A stretch of 64,000 nucleotides of DNA. It comes from Candidatus Spongiisociaceae bacterium (GTDB lineage Bacteria > Actinomycetota > Acidimicrobiia > Spongiisociales > Spongiisociaceae). Location: the NCBI GenBank assembly GCA_965262915.1, contig OZ253564.1, positions 2,368,001 to 2,432,000 of the forward strand, written 5' to 3'. This document shows, piece after piece, positions 1 to 10,082 of this stretch. The notes under the pieces are model-generated. The model saw only the letters and a list, made by a program, of their open reading frames with translations. It was not told the DNA's origin and did not search any database. The stretch's first letter is position 1; every line of letters begins with the position of its first letter. The position numbers and the translations under genes were made by a program.

Positions 1-177
1 GCTTCCCTTGGGGAGGTCGGCGCCTACATACGTCAATTGGACCCTGCGTTCGACGTGCGCACCTATGGATACAAGCAACTATCGCTGCTGATCAAGTCTC
101 GTCCTAAGCTATTCGAGACACGACAGTCGAAGACCGAGGGAGGGTCCTCACACATATACGTGAAACTCAACTCATGA
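1..177 (+). CDS. 3' end (partial) of probable NYN-domain protein, C-terminal OST-HTH/LOTUS domain
   Basis: Frame 1 reads ASLGEVGAYIRQLDPAFDVRTYGYKQLSLLIKSRPKLF...* (TGA 175-177); DPxFDxRTYGYxxLS is typical of the OST-HTH tail of LabA/NYN proteins. Confidence 0.75.
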   Translation, partial: ASLGEVGAYIRQLDPAFDVRTYGYKQLSLLIKSRPKLFETRQSKTEGGSSHIYVKLNS

Positions 178-450
178 AAGCCGTATCCCGGTTCTTCACT
201 GAGGTGTTGCCTAAGTTAGTGACGCTTCACTCGCATACCTATCGCTTGTAACGACTCTCAAGTAGAAGCCACGGGGTGGGACCCGCCGGAGAGACAATCC
301 GGTGAGTCGAGGTCCGGCCTAGACATTGATGGGAAAAAAAGGGTTCGCTGAGCGGCTACTGTCCCAGGATGATGACAGCGGGTGCCGTGAACGCGCGACT
401 CACCCATCCTTGAGCACGCAACGCGTGTAGGGGTACCGCACCGGTGCTCA

Positions 451-485
451 CCGACCACCGACCACCGACTACCGGCCACTGACCT
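451..485. repeat. Degenerate heptamer tandem repeat (CCGACCA)x5 over the pimA stop codon
   Basis: ccgacca ccgacca ccgacta ccggcca ctgacct. Confidence 0.7.
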
Positions 486-1503
486 TCCGGTAGAGCCCCG
501 CGTAGCGGCCGGTCACCTTCTCCCAGTCGAACGCCCGGACGCGGACCGAGGCGGCCTCCGCCAGCCCGTTGCGTAGGTCCGGTTCGGTCAGGACCCGTAC
601 CAGAGCGGCCGCCAAGCCGGCCCGGTCCCCGTTCCGGAACAGCAGGCCCGAACCGCCGAGCACATCCGAGAAGGCGTCGAGGTCGCTGGCCACCACCGCA
701 CAGCCGGCCGCCATGCCCTCGGCGACCGTGATGCCGAAGCTCTCCCCTCCCCGGTTTGGCGCGCAGAACACGGCGCTGGTCGCCAGGGTCACCCGCTTGT
801 CCTCCTCGGTCACCCGGCCCAGGTACCGCACGCCCTCCACCGGGGGGGTGTTCCCGCCTCCGATGATCGCCAGCGACGCTCCGGGTACCGCGGCACGCAC
901 GTCCGGCCAGGCCGCCAGCAGCAGGTCGCGGCCCTTGCGCGGATCGGGACGGCCCACGAACGCCACCTGGCGGGGGTTCCTGCGGGCCGGAACCCGGAAC
1001 GAGCGGACGTCGATGGCGTTGGGAATCTCCTCGGGCCGGATGCCCAGCGGCTCGATCGCCCCCATGGCGGTCCGGCTCACCGTTGTGGCGAGCGAGCCGT
1101 GCAACACCCGGCGCAGCAAGCCCCTGGCCAGCCGGTAGGCCGTCCTGACCGTCTTCGAGGGGTCGGCGTGGAAGGTCACCACGGTGGGTTTCCCGCTGCG
1201 GAGGGCGGCCCACCCCACGATCGGTACGAACGGTTCGTGGACATGTACCACCTCGGCCGTCGAGACCGCCTCCCTGACCCGAGCGGCCACCCGCGGTGAG
1301 ATCGCCAGCGGGGCCCGAGAACGGTTGACCCGCACCCCTGTCCAGCTTCCCACGTCGATCCGGTCCGGTCCCTCCCCCGCGGCGGGCGCCACCGCGTAGG
1401 CGTCCTCGCCGATCCTGCGGAACTGCTCCACCAGGCCGATCACCTGCTGCTGCACCCCGCCGGGAACCTCGAGAGCGTACGGGGAGACGACGGCGATCCT
1501 CAT
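469..1503 (-). CDS. pimA: Phosphatidyl-myo-inositol alpha-mannosyltransferase (GT4)
   Basis: MRIAVVSPYALEVPGGVQ start, HVHEP, ESFGITVAEGMAAG GT4 motif; follows pgsA-patA. Confidence 0.88.
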   Translation of the reverse strand: MRIAVVSPYALEVPGGVQQQVIGLVEQFRRIGEDAYAVAPAAGEGPDRIDVGSWTGVRVNRSRAPLAISPRVAARVREAVSTAEVVHVHEPFVPIVGWAALRSGKPTVVTFHADPSKTVRTAYRLARGLLRRVLHGSLATTVSRTAMGAIEPLGIRPEEIPNAIDVRSFRVPARRNPRQVAFVGRPDPRKGRDLLLAAWPDVRAAVPGASLAIIGGGNTPPVEGVRYLGRVTEEDKRVTLATSAVFCAPNRGGESFGITVAEGMAAGCAVVASDLDAFSDVLGGSGLLFRNGDRAGLAAALVRVLTEPDLRNGLAEAASVRVRAFDWEKVTGRYAGLYRKVSGR

Positions 1504-2405
1504 ACGCCCCCCCGTCGGGCGGCGAGGAACTCCCGGTCGGAGGGCCAGTTGGGTTGCACCAGGTGCCACTGGGTGGGCGCCTCCTCGATGAGTTGCTCGA
1601 ACCGACGGGCCAGTTCCTGGGTCATGACCGTCGCCCGGCCGGGTGTCCGGGCGGCGGGAACCTCGACGGGGGGAAGAAGAACCATCCGGTGCCCGCCTCC
1701 GGCCCTGAAATAGGATGCCCCCGGAAGCAGGACGGCGCCGGTCCGCAGGGCCAGCACCGCCGGTCCGGCCGGGAGCGTGGTTCGCTCGCCGAAGAACTCC
1801 ACCTCTATGCCTTTCGCGCCGATGTTCCGGTCCGCCACCAGCGCCACCAGCCCCCCCTCGCGGAGTGCGGTCAGCAGGGCCCGCATGGTGGAGATCCCTT
1901 CGGCCAGGATGACCTGGATCGAGAGTTGCGCCCTCATGTTCGTGAACCACTCGGCGAGCCGGCGGTTGGCCAGCGCCTCGGCCACCGCGGTGATGCGCAC
2001 GCCCGCATCCTCGGACAGTGTTCCGGCCATCTCCCAATTGCCTATGTGCGGCAGGGCCACGATCACGGCACGGTCCTCCTCCCGGGCAGCCCGCACGTGC
2101 TCCAACCCGATCAGGGTCACCCGGGAGCGCACCTCACCGAACCGGCGGGGACGGAACCAGAGCGTCTCGGCCCAGTACCGGCCGTAGGCGCTGAACATCT
2201 CCCGGGCGGCCAGTTCCACGGCCCGTCCGTCGGCCTCGCCGAGTACCCGCCGCATGTGCCGGATCGCCATGGCCTTACGGTCCCTGGCCCAGTGCCAGGC
2301 CAGGCGGCCGGCCCAGCTGCCCAGCCGGCGGATTACGGGTTCGGGGAAAGCGCTGATCAGGCCTGCACCGATCCGGTAGGCCAGGTAGGTGGAGCGGTCA
2401 CTCAC
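1500..2405 (-). CDS. patA: Phosphatidylinositol mannoside acyltransferase (LpxL-like family)
   Basis: LPHIGNWE, LVADR, FFGE..LPAGPA.LA, PTQWHLVQPNW; between pgsA and pimA. Confidence 0.88.
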   Translation of the reverse strand: MSDRSTYLAYRIGAGLISAFPEPVIRRLGSWAGRLAWHWARDRKAMAIRHMRRVLGEADGRAVELAAREMFSAYGRYWAETLWFRPRRFGEVRSRVTLIGLEHVRAAREEDRAVIVALPHIGNWEMAGTLSEDAGVRITAVAEALANRRLAEWFTNMRAQLSIQVILAEGISTMRALLTALREGGLVALVADRNIGAKGIEVEFFGERTTLPAGPAVLALRTGAVLLPGASYFRAGGGHRMVLLPPVEVPAARTPGRATVMTQELARRFEQLIEEAPTQWHLVQPNWPSDREFLAARRGGV

Positions 2406-2994
2406 TCTTGAGTTGGCGCCAGGTCTTGTGGAACCGCTGGAAGACGGTGAGCCAGCTGAGAATCGCCATCACCCACAGCATCTGGCTGACCCAGCCGGTG
2501 AGGAAACCGACCGTGAACAGGATGACCCGCTCGGCCCGGCCCATGATGCCGCCCCGCCCCTCGACGCCGCCGATGTCGGCCTTGGCCCTGAGGTAGGAGA
2601 TCACCAGCGCGGCGCCCAGGCTCAGCACGCACAGAACGACCAGGCCCGGGTCTCCCTCGTAGGGATGCATCCGTGACGAGAGCCAGAACGCGCAGGCGGC
2701 GAACATTGCGGTCTCCCCCACGCGGTCGGAGACCGAGTCGATGAGGGCGCCCCTGGGAGATGCCGAGCCCGAAGCCCGGGCCACGGCCCCGTCGAGCCCG
2801 TCGAGCGCCGAGCCGACCAGGATCACCAGCGCTCCGACCTTTACCGTGCCGTTGGCCAGCAAGCCGGACCCGACCAGCGTGACCGCCAGGCCTGTCAGGG
2901 TGAGGTGGGCGGGCCGGACCCGCATCCACGCCAGGGCGTGACCAACGGGTGCCACGACTTTCTCGACGTGCGGGCGGGTCCAAAGTTCGATCAC
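2398..2994 (-). CDS. pgsA: CDP-alcohol phosphatidyltransferase (phosphatidylinositol phosphate synthase)
   Basis: DGLDGAVAR...GALIDSVSDR motif, SYLRAKA, RAER; GTG at 2994 with GGAAGGAG RBS. Confidence 0.88.
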   Translation of the reverse strand: MIELWTRPHVEKVVAPVGHALAWMRVRPAHLTLTGLAVTLVGSGLLANGTVKVGALVILVGSALDGLDGAVARASGSASPRGALIDSVSDRVGETAMFAACAFWLSSRMHPYEGDPGLVVLCVLSLGAALVISYLRAKADIGGVEGRGGIMGRAERVILFTVGFLTGWVSQMLWVMAILSWLTVFQRFHKTWRQLKSE

Positions 2995-3085
2995 GTACTG
3001 CTCCTTCCCCTCCCGGCAAAGTACCACAGTCACCGCCCAAATCATGATCACCTACACTCGGGCGACCGAGAGGAAGCGGAGGAGG

Positions 3086-5134
3086 ATGGGACCGGAGAGA
3101 ATACGCAACGTGGGCTTGTTCGGCCACGGCGGCGCGGGCAAGACCGCCGTGGCCGAAGCACTGCTGTTCAACGCCGGCAAGACCACCCGGGTCGGTACCG
3201 TGGAGGCCGGCAACACGGTCATGGACTACGAACCCGAGGAGATCGAGCGCCAGAACTCGCTCGGACTCGGGATCGCATCCTTCGTTCACGACGGCTGCCG
3301 GGTCAACCTCATCGACAGCCCGGGTTACGCGGACTTCGTGGGGAGCGCGCTCGCGGCCCTACGGGCGGTGGACCTGGCCGTATTCGTCGTGTCCGCGGTC
3401 GACGGCGTCGAAGTGCAGACGGAGCTGCTCTGGGAGGCGGCCCTCCGGGAGGGGCTGGCCAGGGCGGTTTTCGTCAACAAGCTCGACCGCGACCGGGCGT
3501 CGTTCTCGCGCACCCTCGCACAGCTGATCGATGTCTTCGGCAAGCAGATCGCCCCGGTGCAGATCCCGATCGGCGAGGAGCATCGCCTGGCGGGAATCGT
3601 CCGGCTGGTGTCGGGCCGGGCGTTGGGATACACCGGCGACCGGACCAAGGGGTCGCCGATGGACATCCCATCCGAAGTGTCCGAACTGTTCGAAGAGACG
3701 CGTTTGGCCCTCGTCGAGTTGGTGGTGGAGACCGACGACGACCTGCTCGAGGCGTACTTCGAGGGTGAGGAACCCTCGCGCGCCAGGATGGTCGAGGTCG
3801 TCCACGACGGCATGATCTCCGGGGACATGGTTCCGGTCCTGGCGGGGTCGGCCAGCGCCCTGGTCGGGATCGACACCCTGGCCGAATTCATGGTCGATTT
3901 CGCGCCCTCGCCCCTGGAGCGTCCTATGCCGCCGCTGGTGGCCGGGACGCTGAACCCCACTCCCCACGGTCCCGTCGCCGCCTACACCTTCAAGACCGCG
4001 GGTGACCAGTACGTGGGGCGTATCAACACCTTCCGGGTTTTCTCGGGATCATTCATCGCCGACGCGGCGCTGGAGACATCGGCCGGGGACAGGATCAAGG
4101 TGGCCAACTTCTTCGCCATGGAGGGCAAGGACCATACCAACCTCGGATCGGTCGCCGCGGGATCCATCGCCTCGGTGGCGAAACTGGACGCCCTCCGGGT
4201 GGGCGACACCTTGCGGTCGGCGGGAAGCCAGGTGGAGATCGCTCCGGTGGAGGTCCCCCGCCCGGTCTACGAGGTGACGGTCTCGCCCCGTTCCACCCAG
4301 GACGAGGACAAGCTCTCCACCGCGCTGGCCCGGGCCCAGGAGGAGGACCCGACGATCCTGGTGGAACGCCGGGCGGAGACCAAAGAGACCGTCCTTTCGG
4401 GTCTCGGCGAGGCGCACGTGGCGGTTACGCTCGCCCGGGTGGCGCGCCGGTTCGGGGTGGAGGTGGATACCGGGATGCCGCGCATCCCGTACCGCGAGAC
4501 GATCCTGGGCCGGGCCGACGTCGAAGGAAAACACAAGAAGCAATCCGGCGGGCGGGGACAGTTCGGCGTGGCCTACGTCAAGTTCGAGCCCAACGAACGA
4601 GGCGAAGGGTACGAGTTCGTCAACAAGATCAAGGGGGGTTCCATACCCCGCAACCTCATCCCGGCGGTGGACAAGGGCATCCGGCAGGCTCTCGAGCGGG
4701 GGATCCTGGCCGGCTACCAGGTCATCGATGTAAGGGCGACCGTCCACGACGGCAAGTACCACTCGGTGGACTCCGACGAGTTGAGTTTCCGCATGGCGGG
4801 GATCATGGCGGTGCGGGCCGCGGCGCCCCGGCTGCGCGCCACTATCCTTGAGCCCCTGGCGGTGGTCACTGTCCGCGTACCCGACGACTTCATGGGGGAC
4901 GTGATCGGGGATATAAACGCCAAGCGGGGACGGGTCCTGGGGATGGACGCGGACGGTCGGAGCCGGGTACTCACCGCCGAGGTTCCGATGGCCGAGATGC
5001 AGCGGTACTCTGTCGATCTCCGGTCCATGACCGGGGGACGCGGATGGTTCGAGATCGAGTTCTCGCACTACGACCCGGCGCCTCCCCAGGAGGTGCAGAA
5101 GGTCGTGGCGGCGGCCAGGACCGAAGCCGATTAG
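3086..5134 (+). CDS. Elongation factor G-like protein (EF-G2 type)
   Basis: GHGGAGKT, DSPGYADF, NKLD, KKQSGGRGQF, DGKYHSVDS; G2 region RQNSL rather than RGITI; ATG 3086 with GGAGGAGG RBS. Confidence 0.88.
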   Translation: MGPERIRNVGLFGHGGAGKTAVAEALLFNAGKTTRVGTVEAGNTVMDYEPEEIERQNSLGLGIASFVHDGCRVNLIDSPGYADFVGSALAALRAVDLAVFVVSAVDGVEVQTELLWEAALREGLARAVFVNKLDRDRASFSRTLAQLIDVFGKQIAPVQIPIGEEHRLAGIVRLVSGRALGYTGDRTKGSPMDIPSEVSELFEETRLALVELVVETDDDLLEAYFEGEEPSRARMVEVVHDGMISGDMVPVLAGSASALVGIDTLAEFMVDFAPSPLERPMPPLVAGTLNPTPHGPVAAYTFKTAGDQYVGRINTFRVFSGSFIADAALETSAGDRIKVANFFAMEGKDHTNLGSVAAGSIASVAKLDALRVGDTLRSAGSQVEIAPVEVPRPVYEVTVSPRSTQDEDKLSTALARAQEEDPTILVERRAETKETVLSGLGEAHVAVTLARVARRFGVEVDTGMPRIPYRETILGRADVEGKHKKQSGGRGQFGVAYVKFEPNERGEGYEFVNKIKGGSIPRNLIPAVDKGIRQALERGILAGYQVIDVRATVHDGKYHSVDSDELSFRMAGIMAVRAAAPRLRATILEPLAVVTVRVPDDFMGDVIGDINAKRGRVLGMDADGRSRVLTAEVPMAEMQRYSVDLRSMTGGRGWFEIEFSHYDPAPPQEVQKVVAAARTEAD

Positions 5135-5158
5135 CCGAACAGGAGGCTGCCCGACCTG

Positions 5159-6439
5159 ATGGACAGAGCGACGATCCGGGCCAACGATGAGGATCTCGTA
5201 GCCCTCCCGATCAACACGGGAACGGAAGGCGAGCGGGTCCTCGACATAACACGACTGCGCGGGACAACCGGTATGGTCACGTTCGATCCGGGATACGGGA
5301 ACACCGCCGAGGCGGCCAGCGCCGTGACCTTCATCAACGGGGAGGAAGGCATCCTACGGTACCGGGGTTACCCGGTGGACCAGCTGGTCGAGGAGTCATC
5401 GTTCCTCGAAGTCGCCTATCTCCTCGACCGGGGCGAGCTACCTTCCCGGGCGGGGCTGGATGCCTACGAGGAGGAGATCAGGCGTCACGCGACGTTGCCG
5501 AAGGGTCTTACCTCCGCCCTCGAGTCCTTTCCGGCGGGTACGCACCCGATGCAACGGCTGGCGGTGTCGACGGCCTTGCTGGGCGCGTACTATCCGGGTA
5601 CCGGTAGCCCGCTGAACGCGGAGGCCAACCGGTTGGGCGCGATCCGGCTCATCGCCAAGATGCCGACCCTGGCCTCTTGGTCGTACCGGTCCGGCTCGGA
5701 CCGGACCTACGTCCGGCCCCGCTCCGATCTCGGGTATACGGCCAACTACCTCAACATGATGTTCAATCCCGAGGGCGGGGACCACGAGTTCAGCCCCATC
5801 CATGTCCGGGCTGTGGAGACCTTGCTGGTGCTTCATGCCGACCACGGCCAGAACCTCTCGACATCGGCCGTACGTCTGGTCGGATCGAGCCAGACCGACC
5901 TGTTCTCGGCCATCTCGGCGGGGATCCTGGCCCTCTCCGGGCCGCTCCACGGCGGCGCCAACCAGCGGGTGGTGGAGATGCTGGAGGGCATCCTCGCCGA
6001 CGGGGGCGACACTCGCCGCTGGCTGGACCGGGCCAAGGACCGGAGCGATCCGTTCCGGCTGATGGGCTTCGGCCATCGCGTGTACCGGAACTACGACCCC
6101 AGGGCGGAGTTGATCAAGCGCCATGCCACGGAGTTGCTCGACGAGGCGGACAGTCCCCTGCTGGAGGTGGCGTTGCAGCTCGAGCAGGAGGCGCTGGCCG
6201 ACGACTACTTCATGGAGCGCCGCATCTACCCCAACGTCGACTACTACTCGGGAATCATCTACCGGGCGATCGGATTCCCCAGCGAGATGTTCACCGTCCT
6301 GTTCGTGCTCGGACGGCTGCCGGGATGGCTCGCCCAATGGCGGGAGATGATCGTCGACCCCCATGTCAGGATCAAGCGGCCCCGGCAGCTCTACACCGGG
6401 TACACCCGGCGGGACTACGTACCGATCTCCGAGCGTTGA
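5159..6439 (+). CDS. gltA: Citrate synthase
   Basis: DPGY.NTA, GILRYRGYP, HADH, GPLHGGAN, LMGFGHRVY.NYDPRA, YPNVDYYSG. Confidence 0.93.
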   Translation: MDRATIRANDEDLVALPINTGTEGERVLDITRLRGTTGMVTFDPGYGNTAEAASAVTFINGEEGILRYRGYPVDQLVEESSFLEVAYLLDRGELPSRAGLDAYEEEIRRHATLPKGLTSALESFPAGTHPMQRLAVSTALLGAYYPGTGSPLNAEANRLGAIRLIAKMPTLASWSYRSGSDRTYVRPRSDLGYTANYLNMMFNPEGGDHEFSPIHVRAVETLLVLHADHGQNLSTSAVRLVGSSQTDLFSAISAGILALSGPLHGGANQRVVEMLEGILADGGDTRRWLDRAKDRSDPFRLMGFGHRVYRNYDPRAELIKRHATELLDEADSPLLEVALQLEQEALADDYFMERRIYPNVDYYSGIIYRAIGFPSEMFTVLFVLGRLPGWLAQWREMIVDPHVRIKRPRQLYTGYTRRDYVPISER

Positions 6440-6927
6440 TGGACGGGATCCGCATCCCGGAGGAGGTTGCCCGGGCAGAAGGCGTGCCCGACGATCTCGA
6501 CTCGGGAGTGCTGGGACCGTACCGGTTCCCCTCGCCGGCGCGTCGCCGGACGGCAGGTCTCGTGTATGTGGTGGGGGCCGTCCTCGCCGTGTTGGGGGCA
6601 CTGGCCGGTCTGGCAACCGGGTTGTGGGTGATCGCGGCGGGGTTCCTGGTGCTGGCCTTCCTGCACGACCGCGCCGCCTGGCCGTTGGTGATCCGCCAGG
6701 AGGAGGCGCTCGGCACGGCGGCGGCCCTGGTGCCCTTCGCCGTGGGGCATGCGTCGGCCGCGCTCGGATTCGTGGGCCTGCAGTCCCGGCCGGTCTGGGC
6801 CGTCATTCTCTACTCGGCCGAGGAACCGCCGGATCGCCGGGCGCTGGTCCGGTTGGACGCCGTGACCGGGGTCCAGTTGGACGACCCCTATGTCGAGGCC
6901 CTCGAACCGCCGACCACTGACCACTGA
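6439..6927 (+). CDS. Hypothetical membrane protein coupled to gltA
   Basis: TGATG overlap with gltA stop; MDGIRIPEEVA...VPDDLDSGVLGPYRFPSPARRR, two TM helices, YSAEEPP. Confidence 0.7.
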   Translation: MDGIRIPEEVARAEGVPDDLDSGVLGPYRFPSPARRRTAGLVYVVGAVLAVLGALAGLATGLWVIAAGFLVLAFLHDRAAWPLVIRQEEALGTAAALVPFAVGHASAALGFVGLQSRPVWAVILYSAEEPPDRRALVRLDAVTGVQLDDPYVEALEPPTTDH

Positions 6928-6981
6928 CCAGCACCCACTGATCACCGGCACCTGGCACCTGGCACCTGGCACCTGGCACCT
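6910..6981. repeat. Heptamer tandem array: (CYGACCA)-like units, then (GGCACCT)x5
   Basis: ccgacca ctgacca ctgacca gcaccca ctgatca, then five exact ggcacct copies at 6947-6981, between convergent genes. Confidence 0.85.
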
Positions 6982-6984
6982 GGG

Positions 6985-8919
6985 CTAGTGAGGCGGCCGG
7001 GCGGCGGTAGCCAGTTCCTCCGCAGCTTCATGCAACGGTACCCCGCGCCGGTCCTGTTTGGTTCCTCTCAGCCGGAGACCCACGGTTCCATGGGCGATGT
7101 CGTGGTCGCCCACCACCACCACGGCCGGTACCTTCCGTGTGATGGCCTGGCGGATCTTCTCCCCCAGCCTGCCAGGCCCGCTTCCCTGCTCGATCCGCAG
7201 ACCCCGATCCTTGAACGATCCGGCGACCGTTGCCGCGTAAGGCTCGTGACGGTCGGCCACCGGGATGACCACCACCTGCACCGGGGCCAGCCACATCGGC
7301 ATCGCGCCGGCGTAGTGTTCGATCAGCACCCCGACGAACCGCTCGACCGATCCGAACTTGGCGGAGTGGATCATCACCGGACGCTCCCGCGTGTCGGCCG
7401 GGGTCACGTATTCGAGATCGAAGCGTTCGGGAAGCGAGAAGTCCATCTGGATGGTGGACATCTGCCAGCGTCGGCCGATGGCGTCGCGGACATGGACGTC
7501 GATCTTCGGTCCGTAGAAGGCGCCCTCTCCCTCGGCCACGCGGTGGGGTACCCCGACCGTCGTCAAAGCGTCCGCCAAGGCTCGCTCGGCCAGTTCCCAG
7601 AGTCCCGGTTCGCCCACCCACTTGTCCTCGGGCCGGGTGGCCAACTCCGCCTCGAACTCCTCGAAGCCGAAGTCGCGCAGCAGCTGCAGCACGAAGTCGA
7701 GGTGGAGCAGGAGTTCGGACGGAACCTGGTCCCTCGTACAGAAGGTGTGCGAGTCGTCCTGGGTGAACCCCCTGGCCCGCAGAAGGCCGTGGACGACGCC
7801 CGACCTCTCGTACCGGTAGACCGCTCCCAACTCGGACAGGCGCATCGGCAGGTCCCTGTACGAGCGGGCCGCGGCGCGGTAGATCAGGACATGGAAGGGG
7901 CAGTTCATCGGTTTGACCCGGTACTCGTCCCGCTGGTCCATCTCGAGGCCCGGGTACATGCTCTCTGCGTAGAACTCGAGGTGGCCCGACGTTATCCACA
8001 GATCGGCCCTGGCGAGGTGTGGCGAGTTGACGAAGTCGAACCCGAAGGCCTCGTGGATCCTCCGGCTGTAGTCCTCGACCTGGCGCCGCAGCATCCCGCC
8101 CTTGGGGTGCCACACGGCCAGCCCGGGTCCGAGTTCGTCGGGGAAGGAGAAGAGGTCCAGTTCCCGTCCCAGCTTGCGATGATCCCGCCGGGCCGCCTCC
8201 TCGATCCGCTGCAGGTAGGTTCTCAGGGCCTTGCCGGTCTCCCAGGCCGTGCCGTATATGCGCTGCAACTGTGGCCGGTACTCGTCGCCCCGCCAGTAGG
8301 CGCCCGCCGTCCTCATCAGCTTGAAGGCCGCGACACGCCCGGTCGACGGCAGGTGAGGTCCCCGGCACAGGTCCACGAAGGCGCCATTGCGGTATACGGA
8401 GACCGCGTCGGCCGATTCAACCTCCGAGGGGTCCACCGACAGGATTATCTCGGTCTTGTAGGGGTGGTCGCGGAACAGCTCCAGCCCGGCTGTACGGGAC
8501 ATCTCCTCCCGGATGAACGGCTGGTCGGTCGCCACTATCCGCTCCATCTCGGCTTCGATCCGGCGAAGGTCGTCTGGCGTGAAGGCACGACCGATGTCGA
8601 AGTCGTAGTAGAAGCCGTCGGTGATGGCCGGGCCGATCGCGAAGGTGGATCCCTCGAAGAGGTTGAGCACCGCCTGGGCGAGCACATGGGCGGCCGAATG
8701 GCGCAGCACGCTCCGACCCTCCTCCGAGGATTCGGTGATCACCGCGAACCGGCCGCCCGTCTCCAGAGGGCGGTCGAGATCCATCAGGATCCCGTCGAGT
8801 GACACCGCGACCGCCGCCGAGGCGAGGCTCCGGCCGATCGAGTGGGCTACCCCGCGTCCGGTGGTCCCCCGATCATGGAGGGCGACGGTGTTGTCGGGAA
8901 GGATGAGTTCGATAGTCAC
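6985..8919 (-). CDS. thrS: Threonine--tRNA ligase
   Basis: RHSAAHVLAQAV, DLCRGPH, RDHRKLG, KPMNCPFH, YRYERSG, FYGPKID. Confidence 0.97.
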   Translation of the reverse strand: MTIELILPDNTVALHDRGTTGRGVAHSIGRSLASAAVAVSLDGILMDLDRPLETGGRFAVITESSEEGRSVLRHSAAHVLAQAVLNLFEGSTFAIGPAITDGFYYDFDIGRAFTPDDLRRIEAEMERIVATDQPFIREEMSRTAGLELFRDHPYKTEIILSVDPSEVESADAVSVYRNGAFVDLCRGPHLPSTGRVAAFKLMRTAGAYWRGDEYRPQLQRIYGTAWETGKALRTYLQRIEEAARRDHRKLGRELDLFSFPDELGPGLAVWHPKGGMLRRQVEDYSRRIHEAFGFDFVNSPHLARADLWITSGHLEFYAESMYPGLEMDQRDEYRVKPMNCPFHVLIYRAAARSYRDLPMRLSELGAVYRYERSGVVHGLLRARGFTQDDSHTFCTRDQVPSELLLHLDFVLQLLRDFGFEEFEAELATRPEDKWVGEPGLWELAERALADALTTVGVPHRVAEGEGAFYGPKIDVHVRDAIGRRWQMSTIQMDFSLPERFDLEYVTPADTRERPVMIHSAKFGSVERFVGVLIEHYAGAMPMWLAPVQVVVIPVADRHEPYAATVAGSFKDRGLRIEQGSGPGRLGEKIRQAITRKVPAVVVVGDHDIAHGTVGLRLRGTKQDRRGVPLHEAAEELATAARPPH

Positions 8920-8989
8920 GATCAGGTTGCTCGAGGATGGCGTATCAGAGATTCATCGTAATCGCCGGCCGCCGGGGTCCGGCCGCCGG

Positions 8990-9874
8990 TCACGGGTCCC
9001 GGACCCACCGGTAGGCCCGGTCCACGTGCTCGGTCGCGAAGCCCAGGGTCCGGTAGAGACGTACAGCCGCCTCGTTGGAGGAGTCGACGTACAGGATCGC
9101 CCGAGTGGCATGGCGCTGCTCGGCCAGGTAGCGGAATCCGTCGAGGGCCAGGGCGCGTCCCAGTCCCCTCCTCCGGTAACGCGGGTCGACCCCGATGGAG
9201 TAGATCTCGCCCACCGCACCCCCGTCCGGCGCAGGATCCTCGTGCACCTTGGTCCAGTTGAAAGCAGCCATGCGGCCCTCGATCCAGGCCGTGCGTACCC
9301 CACGCGGATCGAACCAGGACAGGGCCAGGCGCCGGTCCAGGTCCTGCCTGCTCCAATCCCCCTGCTCCGGATGGCCGGCGAAGGCCCGGTTGTTCAACTC
9401 GAGCAGGGCCGCGCCGTCCCGGTCCACGTCGAGGCCCCTGAACTCCACGCCCTGCAGGGTGACCGGATCGTCCGCCACCGGAAGATCGGTGGCCATGCGG
9501 TGCAGATCACGCTCCTTCGTGAGGAGACCGCCAGGAGGTTCCACGGCGCCGGTGTGGATCCAGAGGACGGCCTGTTCGACCCCGGCGGCTGCCAGCCGGT
9601 CCAGGACCTCACCGAGGAACCATCCGTAGGCGCCCGAGCCCTCGGCTATCTCCAACGTCCATGCCCGACCGTCGGGGTTGGGCGCCGCGAAGCCGTATGA
9701 GACCAGTTCCCCGTCCCTCTCGGCCGCGACGCCGATGGCTTCGCGGCCGGGTCGGCTCATAGCCGTCAGCAGAGCCTCACCGAACGGAGGAGCCGCTTGC
9801 AACTGCTCCACTCCGGCGATGAGTTGCCACAGGCGATCTCCCAATTCCTCCGGCGGGGCGCTCCGAACTTGCAT
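8990..9874 (-). CDS. mshD: Mycothiol synthase (tandem GNAT acetyltransferase)
   Basis: NNRAFAGHPEQG, FNWTKVH, GEIYSIGVDP..RRRGLGRAL, LYVDSSNEAAVRLY. Confidence 0.88.
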   Translation of the reverse strand: MQVRSAPPEELGDRLWQLIAGVEQLQAAPPFGEALLTAMSRPGREAIGVAAERDGELVSYGFAAPNPDGRAWTLEIAEGSGAYGWFLGEVLDRLAAAGVEQAVLWIHTGAVEPPGGLLTKERDLHRMATDLPVADDPVTLQGVEFRGLDVDRDGAALLELNNRAFAGHPEQGDWSRQDLDRRLALSWFDPRGVRTAWIEGRMAAFNWTKVHEDPAPDGGAVGEIYSIGVDPRYRRRGLGRALALDGFRYLAEQRHATRAILYVDSSNEAAVRLYRTLGFATEHVDRAYRWVRDP

Positions 9875-10082
9875 AGACGAGGAGGGTAGGCGACCGAGTG
9901 ACCAGGTGGGGAAGTCAGGGCCTGGCGGGACGGTCCGGCCCCATCCGAACCGCTAACCCACCGATGCGGGTCGGACCCGGGCATTTGCTCCGTACCCCGG
10001 GGTATCCGGGAGGGATTGTCAAGGGGAGGGGGTTCGAGGTCACTATTCTCGTTCCTTGACAGGAAACCTACAGGAGTGTGCC

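Noticed and set aside
6910-6981. CRISPR array
   Set aside because: 7-bp tandem units without spacers; no cas genes or 25-45 bp spaced repeats seen in the window
6988-8802. Long antisense ORFs opposite thrS and other core genes
   Set aside because: Shadow frames caused by GC3 bias; no protein-like motifs
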